A DNA stretch of 64,000 bases, taken from Moniliella sp. 'wahieum' (taxonomy: Eukaryota). This document shows, piece by piece, positions 50,457 through 63,249 of the stretch (position 1 is the first letter of the stretch; the number at the start of each line of letters is the position of its first letter). Made by a program: the position numbers and the translations under genes. The stretch covers positions 62,001-126,000 of the forward strand of contig RSEE01000098.1 of assembly GCA_003971905.1 (NCBI GenBank), given 5' to 3'. The notes beneath the pieces were generated by a model. The model worked only from the letters and a program-made list of their open reading frames with translations. It made no database searches and was not told the DNA's origin.

Positions 50457-53400
50457 ATGTCGCTCTCCCGACCAGCTGCCCAGTGCAGCGCGGGCGCAGG
50501 CAGATGCGCTGCAGCGGACCCTCACCACCTGGGGCCAGGGCCCAGACGATGCGTCCCCCCAGCCCTTGCTCGACCTCCTTGCCGCCGCCGAGCCCCAGCC
50601 CGCCCAGCTGCCCAGCCTCCTCCTCACCCTCATGCGCACCGTCACAGAAGACGACCGCATTCGCCTCCCCACCATTGCCACCGCTCTGGCCCGATGGGTC
50701 CACTTGCCTGCCTTGGACGGGGACCGCGCGTCGTCCTCGCCCGAGCCCGAGGCCATGCGCCAGGCCGCGCTGCTCGACTCGATCTGGATGCTGGACCAAG
50801 AGCTCGACATTTACGCCAAACTTGTCGGCGACGAGGGAAAAGCAGCGATGGAAAACGATCGGTTACGCCTCAATACCCTCACCTCTCAACTCCTCGTACG
50901 TATTCGTATTCGTTACCTGTTCGCCCCCCTCAAGCATCCCTGCCAGGAGCGCAGCAGCTGCTGCTTGGATGGCGCGCACGCATGGTCGCTCTGCGCTCCT
51001 CGCATTTGCCCTTCCGCCCTACTTCCCCAGCGGATCGATATCCACCCTCCTCTTCATCTTCATCCTTACTCACCACGGCTCTTTCACACACTGCGGTGGT
51101 ACAGGTCAAGTCTGCGATCTCGCGCACCCTTACCGGCGCCCGCTTGGCAATTAAGCAGCTTGGCGACATTGGCCTCGTCGTTTCCACAGCCAATTACACT
51201 CGCAGGAGAAACCAGATCAACACGGGCCGACTGTACAAGCAAGAGAAGTTTAACCTGATGCGTGAGGAAAGCGAGGGGTTCAGCAAGGTGGTCGAGGTTA
51301 TTCTCGCTGGGATGGGTGCGCCTCAACAAGCTGTTCTTCTCCGGAGGGGATTGCTGTGCCAACCATTATGGAGCCTCAGCACCAAATCAAGAAGCGGGCA
51401 GCTCGGGTTTGGAAACACCTTCTCGCCCTGATTGGGTACTTTGATCTGGAACCCACTCGGGTGCTGGATCTCATTCTTGATCTCTTATAGCGAGGTGTGT
51501 ACTCACTACCACTTTTCTTGGAGCTGCTCTCGCATACCCCCTGGGGCAGCAATCTGGCACCGTCATCCGAGTTGGACCCAGCTCTCTTCCCGAAACCGCC
51601 TGGCTCAACGCAGAGACGGAAAACTACACCTTTGCTCAAATCATTAGCTTCAAGCTCAAATGGTTCTCACAGGGTCATGTCAAGGGGGACGCACCTTATG
51701 AGCTCTTCCATGTCATCGGCTTACTGATCCGACATGGCTATCTCTCGACGCGATCCATCTGGTCTCAACTCTACTCGCCCGACGCGATGGCCGAAGAGCT
51801 CAAAGGGTACAACAAAAGTTGGACGATTCGATGGCGGAAGCGGGCGCGAATCCGCTCGCTCTTGCTGGGGCCTTGGTTGACGATGATGCGCCGGCGGAGA
51901 AGACGGATACCAAGAAGGCCAAGGAGGAGCCTGTTCGCCCTAAACAGGCTCAGTTGGTCGGCTTTGTCAAGGCATGTCTTGCCTTGGGTATGCTTCGGCA
52001 TAGCTGTCTCGTCCTGGCCCGGTGGCCCTGGCTTTGGGATCCTACCCCGAACTGGGTTCTTTGTATTGCCGGCTGCTCCGCCGATTCTCCGCCCCGCGTA
52101 TCACGCCATGGTGCGTTCCGCAGCTTACGAGCCCCAGCCGGCATCCGCCGAGGGAAACATGCCCATTCTCGTGCCTCGGCAGTGGGACAAGAAGGGGGAG
52201 CAGTTCCTGGAACGCAAGCCACCCTCGTGCTACCTCGTCTCGGTTATGCCCCGCCGGACACGACCAAAGTGCGCTTCGCCTTTTTTTACCCCAAGTGGCA
52301 CTGGGATCTTCCCCGTGTCTCCAGCCCCGAAGAAGTGCTCTCTGAGTTTGTGCCCTTGCTGAACCTGCTGGGGCCGTATCTGCACTACGACTTGGTTTTA
52401 CTCCAACATGTCGCCCGTATCACTGCGGCCGGTCTGAAACAGCACCCACCGCCTCCGCCCAAGGACGAGGATGACTGGGAGACGGAGGAGGCACCTCCCA
52501 ACCCTTGGCTCGGCATTCTTCGTAGCTTTTGCTTCCTGCGTGCTCCTTGTCACAATCCAGTGCGACCATCTTGGTGGAGTTGTGGACGACCCTGTCTCAG
52601 TTGCCGTACGAGCAACGCTTCTCCGTTTACGGAGAGTGGCGGTACAGCATCTACCGCCGCAAGGAGCTCAAGGCGTGCCAAGCCAAGACGGAAAAAGAGG
52701 CCTAGGGGATTCTCAAGCGAGTGAGCAGCGACAAGAACGCCCAACGCATCATGGGACGCAAGCTTGCCAAAGCCGCCCATTCCAACCCGACCATCTTCTT
52801 CAGCGTCGCCTTGTCCAAGTGCAAGTGTACGAGAACATGATCGATCCCATCGTCGAGGCAGCAAGGTACTTGACCGAGATTGAGAACGACATTTTCACGT
52901 GGAGTTTACTTGACGCGCTCTCCAACCCGGCCAAACAGCGGATGAAGACGGATGGGACGAATCTGGCGCACTGGCTCAAATCGCTGGCTGCGTTTGCCGG
53001 CACACTCTATCGTCGTTACCCGACATTGAGCCTGCGCCGATCCTGCAGTACATTGCCAACCAGCTGCACAAAAACAATCCCAACGACTTGGTGGTGATTC
53101 GCGAGCTGGTGCTCAAGATGAGCGGGATCGAACCGCTGGTCAACCCTTCGGACAAGCAGGTGGCCGCCTCGGCTGGAGGTCGTCTTCTTCGGCGCGAAGC
53201 GTTCATTGCCAACGATGGAGCTCAGGGCACGTCCGCTCGGAGCGATACAACCGGCAAGGCGAACGTCTTCTCGTCTCAGCCAAGCAGAGTGGCATGTTGG
53301 TTCCCCTCTTGTCCTGATTGCGCAATGTCGCGATGCGTGCATCCACATTGCCGTGCCTGCCAGTGCGTCCGACGAGGCCCCCGATGCACACATCAAGTTT

Positions 53401-56400
53401 TGGCCGCGCTGTTTGACTCGTGCAACGAAACCTTGTTCCAATATGCCGAGTTTCTCACTGCCTTTCTCGATCCGTCGCAGTATGCTGCCATGGTTCCTGG
53501 GTTGGATGCGCTGATCAGCCGGTTCCAGATCCGCCCTGATGTTGCGTTCCACTTGGCGCGGCCGGCGATCAACTTTTCCCTCGACTCGTCTCGCAAGGAG
53601 TATCGCTCTCGTGTCGAGGCGGTCAAAGTGGAGAGGGACCGCATCTTGGCCGAACAAGCGGACAAACCGTCTGCCGATCCGACTGTGAAGGCGGAAAAGG
53701 TGAAAACCGCTGTGGAGGAAGGCAAGGGACCTCAAGCAGACCAAGACAAGAAGGAGCGTCCTGGCTCGGAGGACAAAAAGAAAGAGGAGGACGCTGAGCC
53801 TGAAGTTGGCGGATGGCAGAAGATGCTCAGCCCCCAACGCCCGCGGCGGACGAGACGCCCGTCCGGCGTGTCGATGGCGACGAGGATGTCCAAATGGAGA
53901 AAGCCGATGCCTCCCCAGGTGATGCAGCGCGTCTTGCTTCTGAAGCCCGCCCGGCCTCTCCGGTTTTGCCTGTGCCAGAGCAGCCTTCGTGGTGGGTGGA
54001 GCCACTGAAACCCTCGATCGAGTTTGCGGAGCGAACGCTCCCCGCCTCCTTCACCTCGCTCATCAGCGCCCAGTTTTACGTGACCTTCTGGCAGCTGTCG
54101 GTGTCCGATTTTGATGTGCCGCAAGAGCGCTACCGCCAAGAAATCAGTGCTGTCAGCAAGGGGGGCGCGGATGCGGCCAAGCGCGCTGCGGTCACGCGGG
54201 CATTGCAAGACGAGTTGGCTGCCGTCAAGCAGAACCGGGAAGACACGTCGGTCCGGATCCGTTCCGAGCGAGGCGCGTGGTTCGCGCCCACCCAGCGTGC
54301 CGTCGAGCAGGCGATCGCGACGTACACCGAACCCACCGAATTCTGGGCGGTGCAGTCGGACCCGGTGCAGGAAGTGTATGACAATGTGGCTGGGCTCTGC
54401 ACCAGCGCTGTGCTTTTCCCCGCTGTGTGCTCTCCCCGATTGACGCGGCGTTTTCTGCGCGCTTTCTGCGCTTGCTGCATGTGATGGGCACCACGGGGGT
54501 TTCGACGCTGAGTCTGTATGCGCGCGTGTTTGACTCGGTTCGCCTGGCACTGTTCGTGTCGACGGAGAGCGAGGGACGCAACTATGCACGATTCCTGGAG
54601 CTGTGTGCTGACGGACCTAGACGTTTGGCGCAAAGACGCCAAGGTGTACGACAAGGAGGTCATCCCCCCCACCCGTCCGGGCTTCACTACCGCTTGGGTA
54701 GGACCCAAGCTGGATCGAAGCTTTCGCACGCCGACTACCTTCGCCAGTACCACTCTTGGCACAAGACCTTGTTTGAAGTGCGTTGTCCTCGTCCCTTTCT
54801 GCTGTTATGTTGTATGGCTGACACGAACGTTACCAGGCCTTTGCGTCCTGTATCGAATCGCGCGAGTACATCCGGTTCAAAAACACCATCATGACCCTCA
54901 CTCGGATTGCCAAGTACTTCCCCATCCTGGAAGAACATGGGACGCAGCTCACCGCGCTCGTCCAGACGGCCTCGCAGGAAGAGTCGCGTGGCGACCTCAA
55001 GGTGCTTCTCCAAGGTCTGCTGGCCGTGTTGACCAAACACAAGAACATGGACAAGCAACATGAAGGGAGAAAAGCTGGCGCCTGCTAGACCCGCCAGTTC
55101 CAAGCCCACCAGCGGCAAGCCAACGGGTCCTTCTGCTTCCGGCAAACCTGCGCCCGCCGCACCGGGTACACAAGGCAAAGAATCCACGATGGGCAAGGAC
55201 GCCAAGCCCGCACGTGCTATTGCTACCGGTACTGCTACGGCTGGCGGGGCAGGCAAGTCGACAGCCCCCCTCGCCTCCGGTTCGCGCCGCGGCGTCGGTC
55301 TGCCCACCAAGTCCGTTCCCAGTGACCGTTCGGACGGTTCGCGTCTATCGCAAGCACACGCCGCCTCTTCCCCTCGGCCCGGTAAGATCCCCCCCGAGGA
55401 TGGCAAGAACACGAACACGTATGTGAACGGGCGCAAGGACGTGGGTGCCAAGGGCAAGGACGTCCGCGCCGGCGCTCGGTCAGACGCGACCGAGGCAGCG
55501 CCGAATTGGCGTTGGCCAGTATGCGCGGCGGGAGGAAACCGGACCATTCGTCTTTGCGGGATGCCGTGTCGGAAACACTAGCAGCAGCGGCAGCGCCGAT
55601 CCCCACGCTCGTCGCGCAAACGGTCGCCACCGCCAAGCATGCCTTTACCTGCCACCAAGAGACAGAACGAGACAGCATGCCCCACTCGGATCGCGAACGT
55701 GAAGTGAACGGAACGAGAACGCGAACGTGACGTGAGCGTGACCGTGATCGTGACCGTGACCGTGAGCGCGAGGGCCGGGTACGTCTCGATCGCCGCACGG
55801 TGCGGTGACGAATGACAAAGCCCGCGGTGGGACAAGGGCGGGCGGTGCGCCGACCTCCGTCTCGATCGGGCGGGCGGGAGACGGGGGTTCCCTCCATTCG
55901 GCGCCCGGATCGGGATCGGGAGGGGAGGAGACGCAAATGTTGGACCAGCGTGAAGCGTACCGGGAAGCGCTCCTTGTTCGGCGGCAAGCACGCGTGTGCG
56001 GGACGGTGCGGAGCGCGAGACGCAAGCTGGCGCAGGCGCAAGTGCAGGTGCAGGCGCACGTGATGCGTTCAAAGAAGACGACGCTTCCGTCGCCACGACT
56101 GGAGCGTCGTGCTGGTCGTCCGCTCGTCCCCACGCGCGACTCCACCTCCCGCGGCTCCAGCCCGGGCCGGGAGGGCACCGCGACGGGACCGGGACCGCAG
56201 CGCGGGCGGTCGCACCTCCATGCGCGCCGTGATTGAGGAGACGTTGAACATTCAGTCGTCGCATTCGCATGGCGATCTGTCTTCCAGCCGCAAACGGACC
56301 CGCGAACGGGACGAGTCGACGGTGGAAGAGAAGAGGGAGGATGAGTCGTACAAGAAACTTAAGCTCGACTCGCCCCAGAACGCTATGGCTTCAGTCAAGA

Positions 56401-57180
56401 TCCGCGGTCGCGGGTCGGCCGTGTCTAACCCGGCGAGCCCGCGGGACGTTGGCGGGGGTCGGGATGCTGATCGAGGAGAGAGCGCGAGCGCGAACGCGAA
56501 GGCCGAGGCCAAGACCAAGCCCAAGACGCGCGCTCCTCGCTGCGTGAACGCGATCGCGAACGTGAAATCAAAGAGCGCGAGCGGGAACGTGAGTTGCGGC
56601 GGCGCGGCGGGCACAAGCGCGACGGGCGGGACGAGCGGTCGTCGGAGCGGTCTGGGAATGTAGGGGATCGGTCGCAAAAGGGTGCGTATGGTGCCCATTT
56701 GGCCAGCGCAGCATCGGCGGGAACTATGGCCATGGCCAAAGACGCGAGAGAAGAACGAGGATCGGAGTCCCGTTCTGCCCTCCCTCCTTCTGGCGAAGGT
56801 GCCCGTTGGCCCGGACGGAACCTCGTACGGCCGGCGCTGCGTCTGCGGCCCCGCCGGTAGGGACGACCGTTCGGACCGAGGGAGCGACTGGCGAGGCAAC
56901 AAAGGCGCGCGAACCGGCACGCGAATTGATGGGCTCCGGGTCCAATCGGGATCGCCACGAGGCGCGTGATGCGGCGGGACGCAACCCTCGGGACAGGGCA
57001 GAGGTCGCGATACGCTCCGGTCTGAAGGGGGGCGGGAGCACCACCATGGCCGAGATCGGATGAAAGGCGGCAACAAGAAGCGTCGTGATAACCGCGGACG
57101 CCGGTCGGGGGAGTGAGCGTGGAGGGAAGGACGACAGCAACGGTCCTTCCATGGCCACTTGCCATGTCCCCTACTCAACT
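50457..57180 (+). CDS. THO2: THO complex subunit 2; many frameshifts, 3' end approximate
   Basis: LYKQEKFNLMREESEGFSKV, LIGYFDLEPTRVLDLILD, QVQVYENMIDPIVEAARYLT, RMKTDGTNLAHWLKSLA, FYVTFWQLS, TESEGRNYARF; R/D/E-rich C-terminal tail. Confidence 0.93.
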
Positions 57181-57796
57181 AGGATGCAATCCTGGATCCA
57201 GTCCAAGTTCTGAAGTCCAAGATCTGAATCCGGAATAAAAGAGGTGGATGGAAAGCTACTTGGTTACTCTATGTGTTGGCATGTGGTACGAGATGACATC
57301 CTTCCTTCTCCTTTTCCAAGCCTGCTTTTGGCATAGCCACTGGTTCGTCGCTGCTGTGTCATTTGAATCAAAGTATTACCGCCCCGGGGCAACGTCGTGC
57401 GTCATGGCGCGTATGTAGTGCGAGGAAATGTGGAAATGCCATTCCCGTCGGACAGACCATCGGAACGTAAGGACGGCATCTGCAATGAGGTCGATGAGGA
57501 TGTTGGGGAAGAGAGAGGCGAGATGATCGATAATCGCCCAGGAGAGCTCAGACGACCCACCCAGTCGAGGCAGTCACGACAACCAACAACACTAGTGAGG
57601 CCTACAACATTCGGTAGCTTTCCCACTGATACTACCAGTACCGCGTCTTCCCACACCTGCCGCATTACCCCCACACTGTCTGCCCCCCCAACAAGAACAA
57701 GCAAACAAGACGAGCAGACGAACAGACAGGTGGACGACCATGCAGCATAGAAAGAGCGATACATTTTGGGAGATGGAGACGAGTCAATGTCGCCCC

Positions 57797-59402
57797 CTAC
57801 GCCTTAGGCGGGGCAAATACGGTAAAGAGCGCGTCGTCGGTGCGGGACTGGACGATGGCCAGGTGGGCCGTGGCTTGGTCCCAGCCGATGGCTGTGGGTG
57901 TGGCCTTGGGCTCGAGGGGCGAAGTGAGCAAGGGCTTCCATCCCTTGGTCGCGTACACAGTGACTTCGTCCGGCGCCGCCACAGCGAGCATCTGGGCATT
58001 GGGATCAAACGCCAGCGGTCGGGGCCACAGCCAGCGTCAAGGCCGCCACGGGCGCCAGCTTGCGCAGATCCCAAATCACCATCCACACTGCCCACGCAAT
58101 CGAGGCGAGCGTGTAGCCATTTTCACTAAACGCCAGACCACCGGGAGGATGCCCCGCCTGGGCCTCGGCCGGACCCGTCGGCTCAAACACAGCCATCTGC
58201 GCACCCGTCTGACATCCCACACCACAATCTTGCCGCTCGCTGTGCCCGTGACGAGCAGCTGGCCGTCGGGGTGAAACGCAGCCGCGGTCACTTGCTCGCC
58301 CTCTTCGACATGCACAAGCAGAACAGGATCCCCCCCGAGGGAACAAAGAGCGCGACCGTGTCGCCGCCCGACGGCGAAAAACGCATGGGATGGGTGCACG
58401 GCCAAGGCGACGGATGGCGTGTGCTGGGCCCACCCAACGCCGCCAGGGAGACGTGGCCGTGACTTGGATCGTGTCGTGCAATGCCACGACATGCACCGAC
58501 GCGCCATCGGTCGATGCCGCGAGCGTAAACGGCGGCAGTTCCGCCGTCTGGCCGAGCGTGGGCTGCGCCGGCAGCGCCAGCGCCAGCGCCGACACGCCCG
58601 CTGTACCGGCAAGCGGGAGGCTGCCCAGCTGTGTGCCGTGGATGGATACGAGGTCAACCGCGCCAGGTTCCGCAGCGCAGCAAGGCGTAGGGGGGGTAGG
58701 CGACGGCGACCGGAGCTGGGTGGGCGATGGGGGTGGAGGATTGCAGGGCCAGGCAGCGCCTTTGGCGCCGTGTAGGTTGCCAGGCCAGCATAGGCAGACG
58801 GCGCCTTGCGCTTGCTCCTCCCCGTGCGGCCGCGGTGAGCTGCGCGGCCAGCGCGGTGACCGTGTCCGCCAGCCAGGAGGCAGGCCGGGTGGGGCCGAGG
58901 GCGCCGCATCGGGCATGTCTGCATCTTGTGCCGCGGCGGCCGCAGGCACGCTCGAGTGGACTGCGTCGGAAGCGCATGTCCGATCGAGGCCAGCGCATCG
59001 CGAGCTTCGTCGCGCTCGCGCAGGACGCGTGCAATGACGCGCGCCGCCGCGTCGTTCGAGTAGCGCCGCCGCGAGTTCCTGCCGCGTCGTGTCGTACTGC
59101 CGCCTGAGCGATGCCATTTCGAGCAGCAGCGCGTCGTACTCGCTCTGCATCGCGGTCAGCAGGGACGGGACGGAAGCCAGGTGGGCGCTGCGCGGCGGGG
59201 CGGCGCCGTGCGGGTCCGAGGCGCCCGTGGCGACGGCGACCAGGTCGCGCGCGGCGTCGAGGAGCGCGCCATCGACGGGGTCGTGGCCGGCGTGCTCGGC
59301 AAGGTACTTGCGGATGAGGCGCTGCTCGTACACGCGGCCGCTCTTGACGGACACGACGGGCTCCCGCGCCGGCTCGCCCGAGATGGCGCACAGCAGCGAC
59401 AT
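57797..59402 (-). CDS. PRP19: Pre-mRNA splicing factor Prp19 (U-box, coiled coil, WD40)
   Basis: CAISGEPAREPVVSVKSGRVYEQRLIRKY..DPVDG; SVPSLL..QSEYDALLLE; RQELA; AFHPDGQLL; AFSENGY. Confidence 0.93.
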
Positions 59403-59631
59403 TTCCTGTCTCGTGTCGGCGGCAAGCAGCGGAGGTTACGCTTTAGGTGGTGTTGGGCGCTCAAGCGCGTCCCAGCGCGGAATGCGCAGGGCGGAATGCA
59501 GCCCATCCCCCGCCCGCCATGGTCGATGACGTGTGACGCCGAGTTGTGCTTGTGGGTCAGTCCTGCTGCCCTTGGCGCCGCCACGCTCCCCACCATCTCC
59601 ATCATCCCCCCACCACCACCACCACCTCGCC

Positions 59632-60168
59632 ATGTCTGCCTGGGGTACGTTGCTCTCCACCGCCTTGCTGCCGCCGCCCACCGCACGCCTGCCCCACCCC
59701 CCCCCCCCCCCCCCCCCCGGCCCACCAGACCAGGACGTCAAGATCGGCTACAAGACCCGCCCCTCGGGCAGCGGCACCACCGCCTCCCAGAACGCCTACG
59801 AGCGTGGCCGCGCCGCCGGCGCCATCACCGACAACAACCGCAAGACCGCCGCTGGCCATAACAAGGGCCACGAGGGTGTGGACCACGCACGCCTGGCCAA
59901 GCTGGACCGCGACAACGAAGTCACGGCGCCTCCCAAGGTGGCGCCCAGCGTGGGCAAGGCCATTGGCCAGGCGCGTCAGGCCAAGGGCTTGAACCAAAAG
60001 GAGCTCGGCACCAAGATCAACGAAAAGCCCCAGGTGATTGGCGACTACGAGTCGGGCCGCGCCGTGCCCAATCCACAAATCCTGGCCAAACTCGAGCGTG
60101 CGCTCGGGGTCAAGCTGCGTGGCAAGGACATTGGTGCGCCCCTCGGCGGGCCCAAGAAGAAGGCCTAA
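59632..60168 (+). CDS. MBF1: Multiprotein bridging factor 1
   Basis: MSAW(D)|QDVKIG..LAKLDRDNE..VGKAIGQARQAKGLNQKELGTKINEKPQVIGDYESGRAVPNPQILAKLERALGVKLRG; intron 59645-59728. Confidence 0.97.
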   Translation: MSAWGTLLSTALLPPPTARLPHPPPPPPPGPPDQDVKIGYKTRPSGSGTTASQNAYERGRAAGAITDNNRKTAAGHNKGHEGVDHARLAKLDRDNEVTAPPKVAPSVGKAIGQARQAKGLNQKELGTKINEKPQVIGDYESGRAVPNPQILAKLERALGVKLRGKDIGAPLGGPKKKA

Positions 60169-61379
60169 ACGTATCGTGGGCATCTCCCCCTCGTGGGAAG
60201 ACCTTGCTCTCAACCACTTTGCATGTCCGTATAAAGTTTTGCCTCTCACACAACTGTCCGACCCTGCCTCGGAAAGTATGGCCCTGTTATGTTACCAAGG
60301 CAGCGGTTGCGGTCAACCACCCAATATTAGTCCATGTACTGCCATCTGTCGCAGAATCAAACCAATCGAACCGGTTGTAAGCGTGCGACCTATCCTCTTT
60401 CCGGGTAGCTCGCTCGTACAGCGATGACTTCAACTCCCCTACCGAGTGCTGGGCACACTTGTCCTTTCGCAACCTCATATGATTTTGGGGTGCAATTGCA
60501 TCTTAGGTGACAGCGGGGACATGGGACCTACTGCTGCATTTGTATCATTTACAGAGCTTAGATTTGGGACCTACTGATGCACCATCATATCATTCATCGA
60601 GCGGGACGTACTGCAACCAGCGTCCTTGCAGCTCGGGCACAGTCGGCTCGTCTCCCCCGCACTCGCCACAGGTTCGGTGGGGGAGGCTACAGGAGCCGCT
60701 TGGTGGTGGTATGGGCGGCATTGCGTAGCTCCTCGCCGCTGAGGGTGGGGCCCTTGTGCGATGCACCACAGGAACAGAGGGTAGAGCGCGATTGGAGCAG
60801 CGTAGGGCGCAGCAGAACCATGGAACGGCAGCAGGTGGGACATACATCGCACTGGGCTAGGGGGAGGGTAAGGCGCGGCTGGAGCGCGAGCCGAGCCGCA
60901 CCCCGCACAGGTAGCGTAAGAAGTGGATCGGGTACCACACAGCTTAACGACGACGGGTTGCCCATGTTGGACATCGCCATGGCCTGCAACAGCGTGCATG
61001 GATGGATCTACAAGACCACACCATCCTTCTTTTTCCACCTCGCCAAATCTGCTGGAGACGACTATGAGGAAAAGAGGCAGATCATAGAGATGTACTTTTG
61101 ATGCCCTCAACGGACGAAGAACATACGACCAACACCCGTGCGTGTCGGTAGCAAAGATGCATGTGAAACATATCAGATCCCGTAGATCCGGGCCCACAGG
61201 AGGGGAGAGGGGGGGGGGATGCAACAGACCCAAGTGTGCACGGGGATCAACATGCATGCTACGATGGTGGACACGGCCAGCTCCAGCACGCGGTGCCATA
61301 GGGGTGGCTCTCCTCCAAGTCGTCGAAGCAAAAAAGCGAGGGAGCCAGCTGTCATGTCGCACGTGCAGCAACGATGCGT

Positions 61380-61790
61380 TTAGAAGCGGAGGGGCGTGAA
61401 GAACCAACGGTTCTTGCCAGTCAGGTAGCGCTCCTCGAACAGCTTCTTGGCCGCCTTCTTGGCGTCCTTCTTGGCAGCAGGCTCCTTGAGCGCATCGGCA
61501 GTCACAACGCCCTTGAGGCCCTCGAGCTCGAGAGCGTAGCGAGTAGGCATCAGGTGGTTGTAGTTGACCGCCTTGACAAACGGCTTGACCTTGCTGCGGC
61601 GCGACACCTTCTTGGCGTCCATGGCCTTGGTCACCTTGCGAGGGTAGCGCTCAATGCCAGCGACGAGAACGTGGGGGTAAGGACGCTCCTTGGTCCCGTC
61701 GTCGTGCTGCTTGATGACGACGACTTTCTTGCCAGCCTGGCGGCCGTGGAGGACAAGGGCAACCTTACCGGGCTTGTAGATGCGAGCCAT
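61380..61790 (-). CDS. RPL27: 60S ribosomal protein L27 (eL27); probable 5'UTR intron ~61796-61941
   Basis: MARIYKPGKVALVLHGRQAGKKVVV..GIERYPRKVT..KPFVKAVNYNHLMPTRY..GKNRWFFTPLRF; intact. Confidence 0.98.
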   Translation of the reverse strand: MARIYKPGKVALVLHGRQAGKKVVVIKQHDDGTKERPYPHVLVAGIERYPRKVTKAMDAKKVSRRSKVKPFVKAVNYNHLMPTRYALELEGLKGVVTADALKEPAAKKDAKKAAKKLFEERYLTGKNRWFFTPLRF

Positions 61791-62456
61791 TTGTGCTGGA
61801 GGGGCAAACGAGTCAGTCGACGCTGCTTCCCAAGCACACGGGCATGCGGCGCAGCAGCAACCGCAGGACGGCGGGGGGAGGGGCACGAGCAAGCGGCAGG
61901 CAACCCACTTCGGCCCCCCAACAGGCGCTCTCGCTACTCACCTTGAGTACAACGGCAAAGTTGGCGTGGCAAACCTGGACGCTCGTGGCGGCTCAATTGG
62001 TCCAACGCGGAAATTCGGGCGCCCGAGCGACACTAGTGGCGTGCGCCGCAAACCCCGACACTTGCACCGCACCCGCCCAGCACCGGGCAGTGTGTTTTGT
62101 TGCAACGCAGAAATGTGCCGCAGCACAACTCCAACCTTAGGGTTGGCCGGTCCTTTCTGTCGGCAGCGCAGCGCGCGTCCGCTTGCCCCAGACGCCACCG
62201 GTCAACAAGTGAGTACCTGTGCCGACGTGCTGCTCCTGCCGCCGCTGCTCGCTGGACCCGTCCCCGTCCTGCTCCTCCTCGAGTTTGCTGTGTTGTGCCG
62301 GAAGCGGACAATTCTCAGGCGCGAAGAGAAGGAGCAGGAGGAGAAGAGGGGGACGGAGAAGGGGAGGAAGAAGGAGGAGCGCGGAAGGGACCTTACTTTT
62401 GCCAGCCATGTCCTCCGCGCGACGCTAACCCTGCCTCTTGTCTCTTGTGCAGCAAC

Positions 62457-62956
62457 ATGGGTAAGCCTAGTGGCCTGAACGCAGCGCGCAAGCTGCACAC
62501 GACCCGTCGTGAGAACAAGTGGGCCGACAAGGCGTGGAAGAAGCGCGCGCTCGGCAACTTTTACAAGTCCTCTCCCACTGCTGGCTCGTCCCAGGCCAAG
62601 GGCATCGTGCTTGAGAAGGTGGGTGTGGAGGCGAAGCAGCCCAACTCGGCTATTCGCAAGTGTGTCCGTGTTCAGCTCATCAAGAACGGCAAGAAGGTTG
62701 CTGCGTTCGTGCCCCACGACGGTTGCCTGAACTTTGTCGATGAGAACGACGAGGTGCTCATTGAGGGTTTCGGCCGCAAGGGCAAGGCCAAGGGTGACAT
62801 TCCCGGTGTGCGCTTCCGTGTGATCAAGGTATCGGGTGTCGGTGCGTATCCTTGAGTTTCCCTTTTTTCCTTTCTTGGACGATCGATTACTGACAGTTGA
62901 CCTTGATAGGCCTCTACGCCCTCTTCCGCGAGAAGAAGGAGAAGCCCCGTTCATAA
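62457..62956 (+). CDS. RPS23: 40S ribosomal protein S23 (uS12); 5'UTR intron ~62210-62452, coding intron 62842-62909
   Basis: [54 protein letters not shown]; last exon [14 protein letters not shown]. Confidence 0.98.
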
Positions 62957-63249
62957 AGGCTTTTCCCCGGCTCTCTATGTTTTTCCTTTGTCTTCTCTTG
63001 GTCTCCCAGACCCCCGGAGGCTTAAGGTCAACCCCCACCCCCCCAGGCACTCGGGCGCTCGATGGCAGCCCTGGTTTCTCAAAATCTATGCGAACCGCCC
63101 CCAGTTTTCTTCGTCGTAGGGATGCATCATTAGCCCACAGGGCGAATCGATCGGTAGAGCGGATAGATAGTATTTTACGTTGATAGAACGCCAAGGGTCG
63201 CAGCGGGACAACACCGCACAGGTGATCTCCACCTCATGCATTGGCCATT

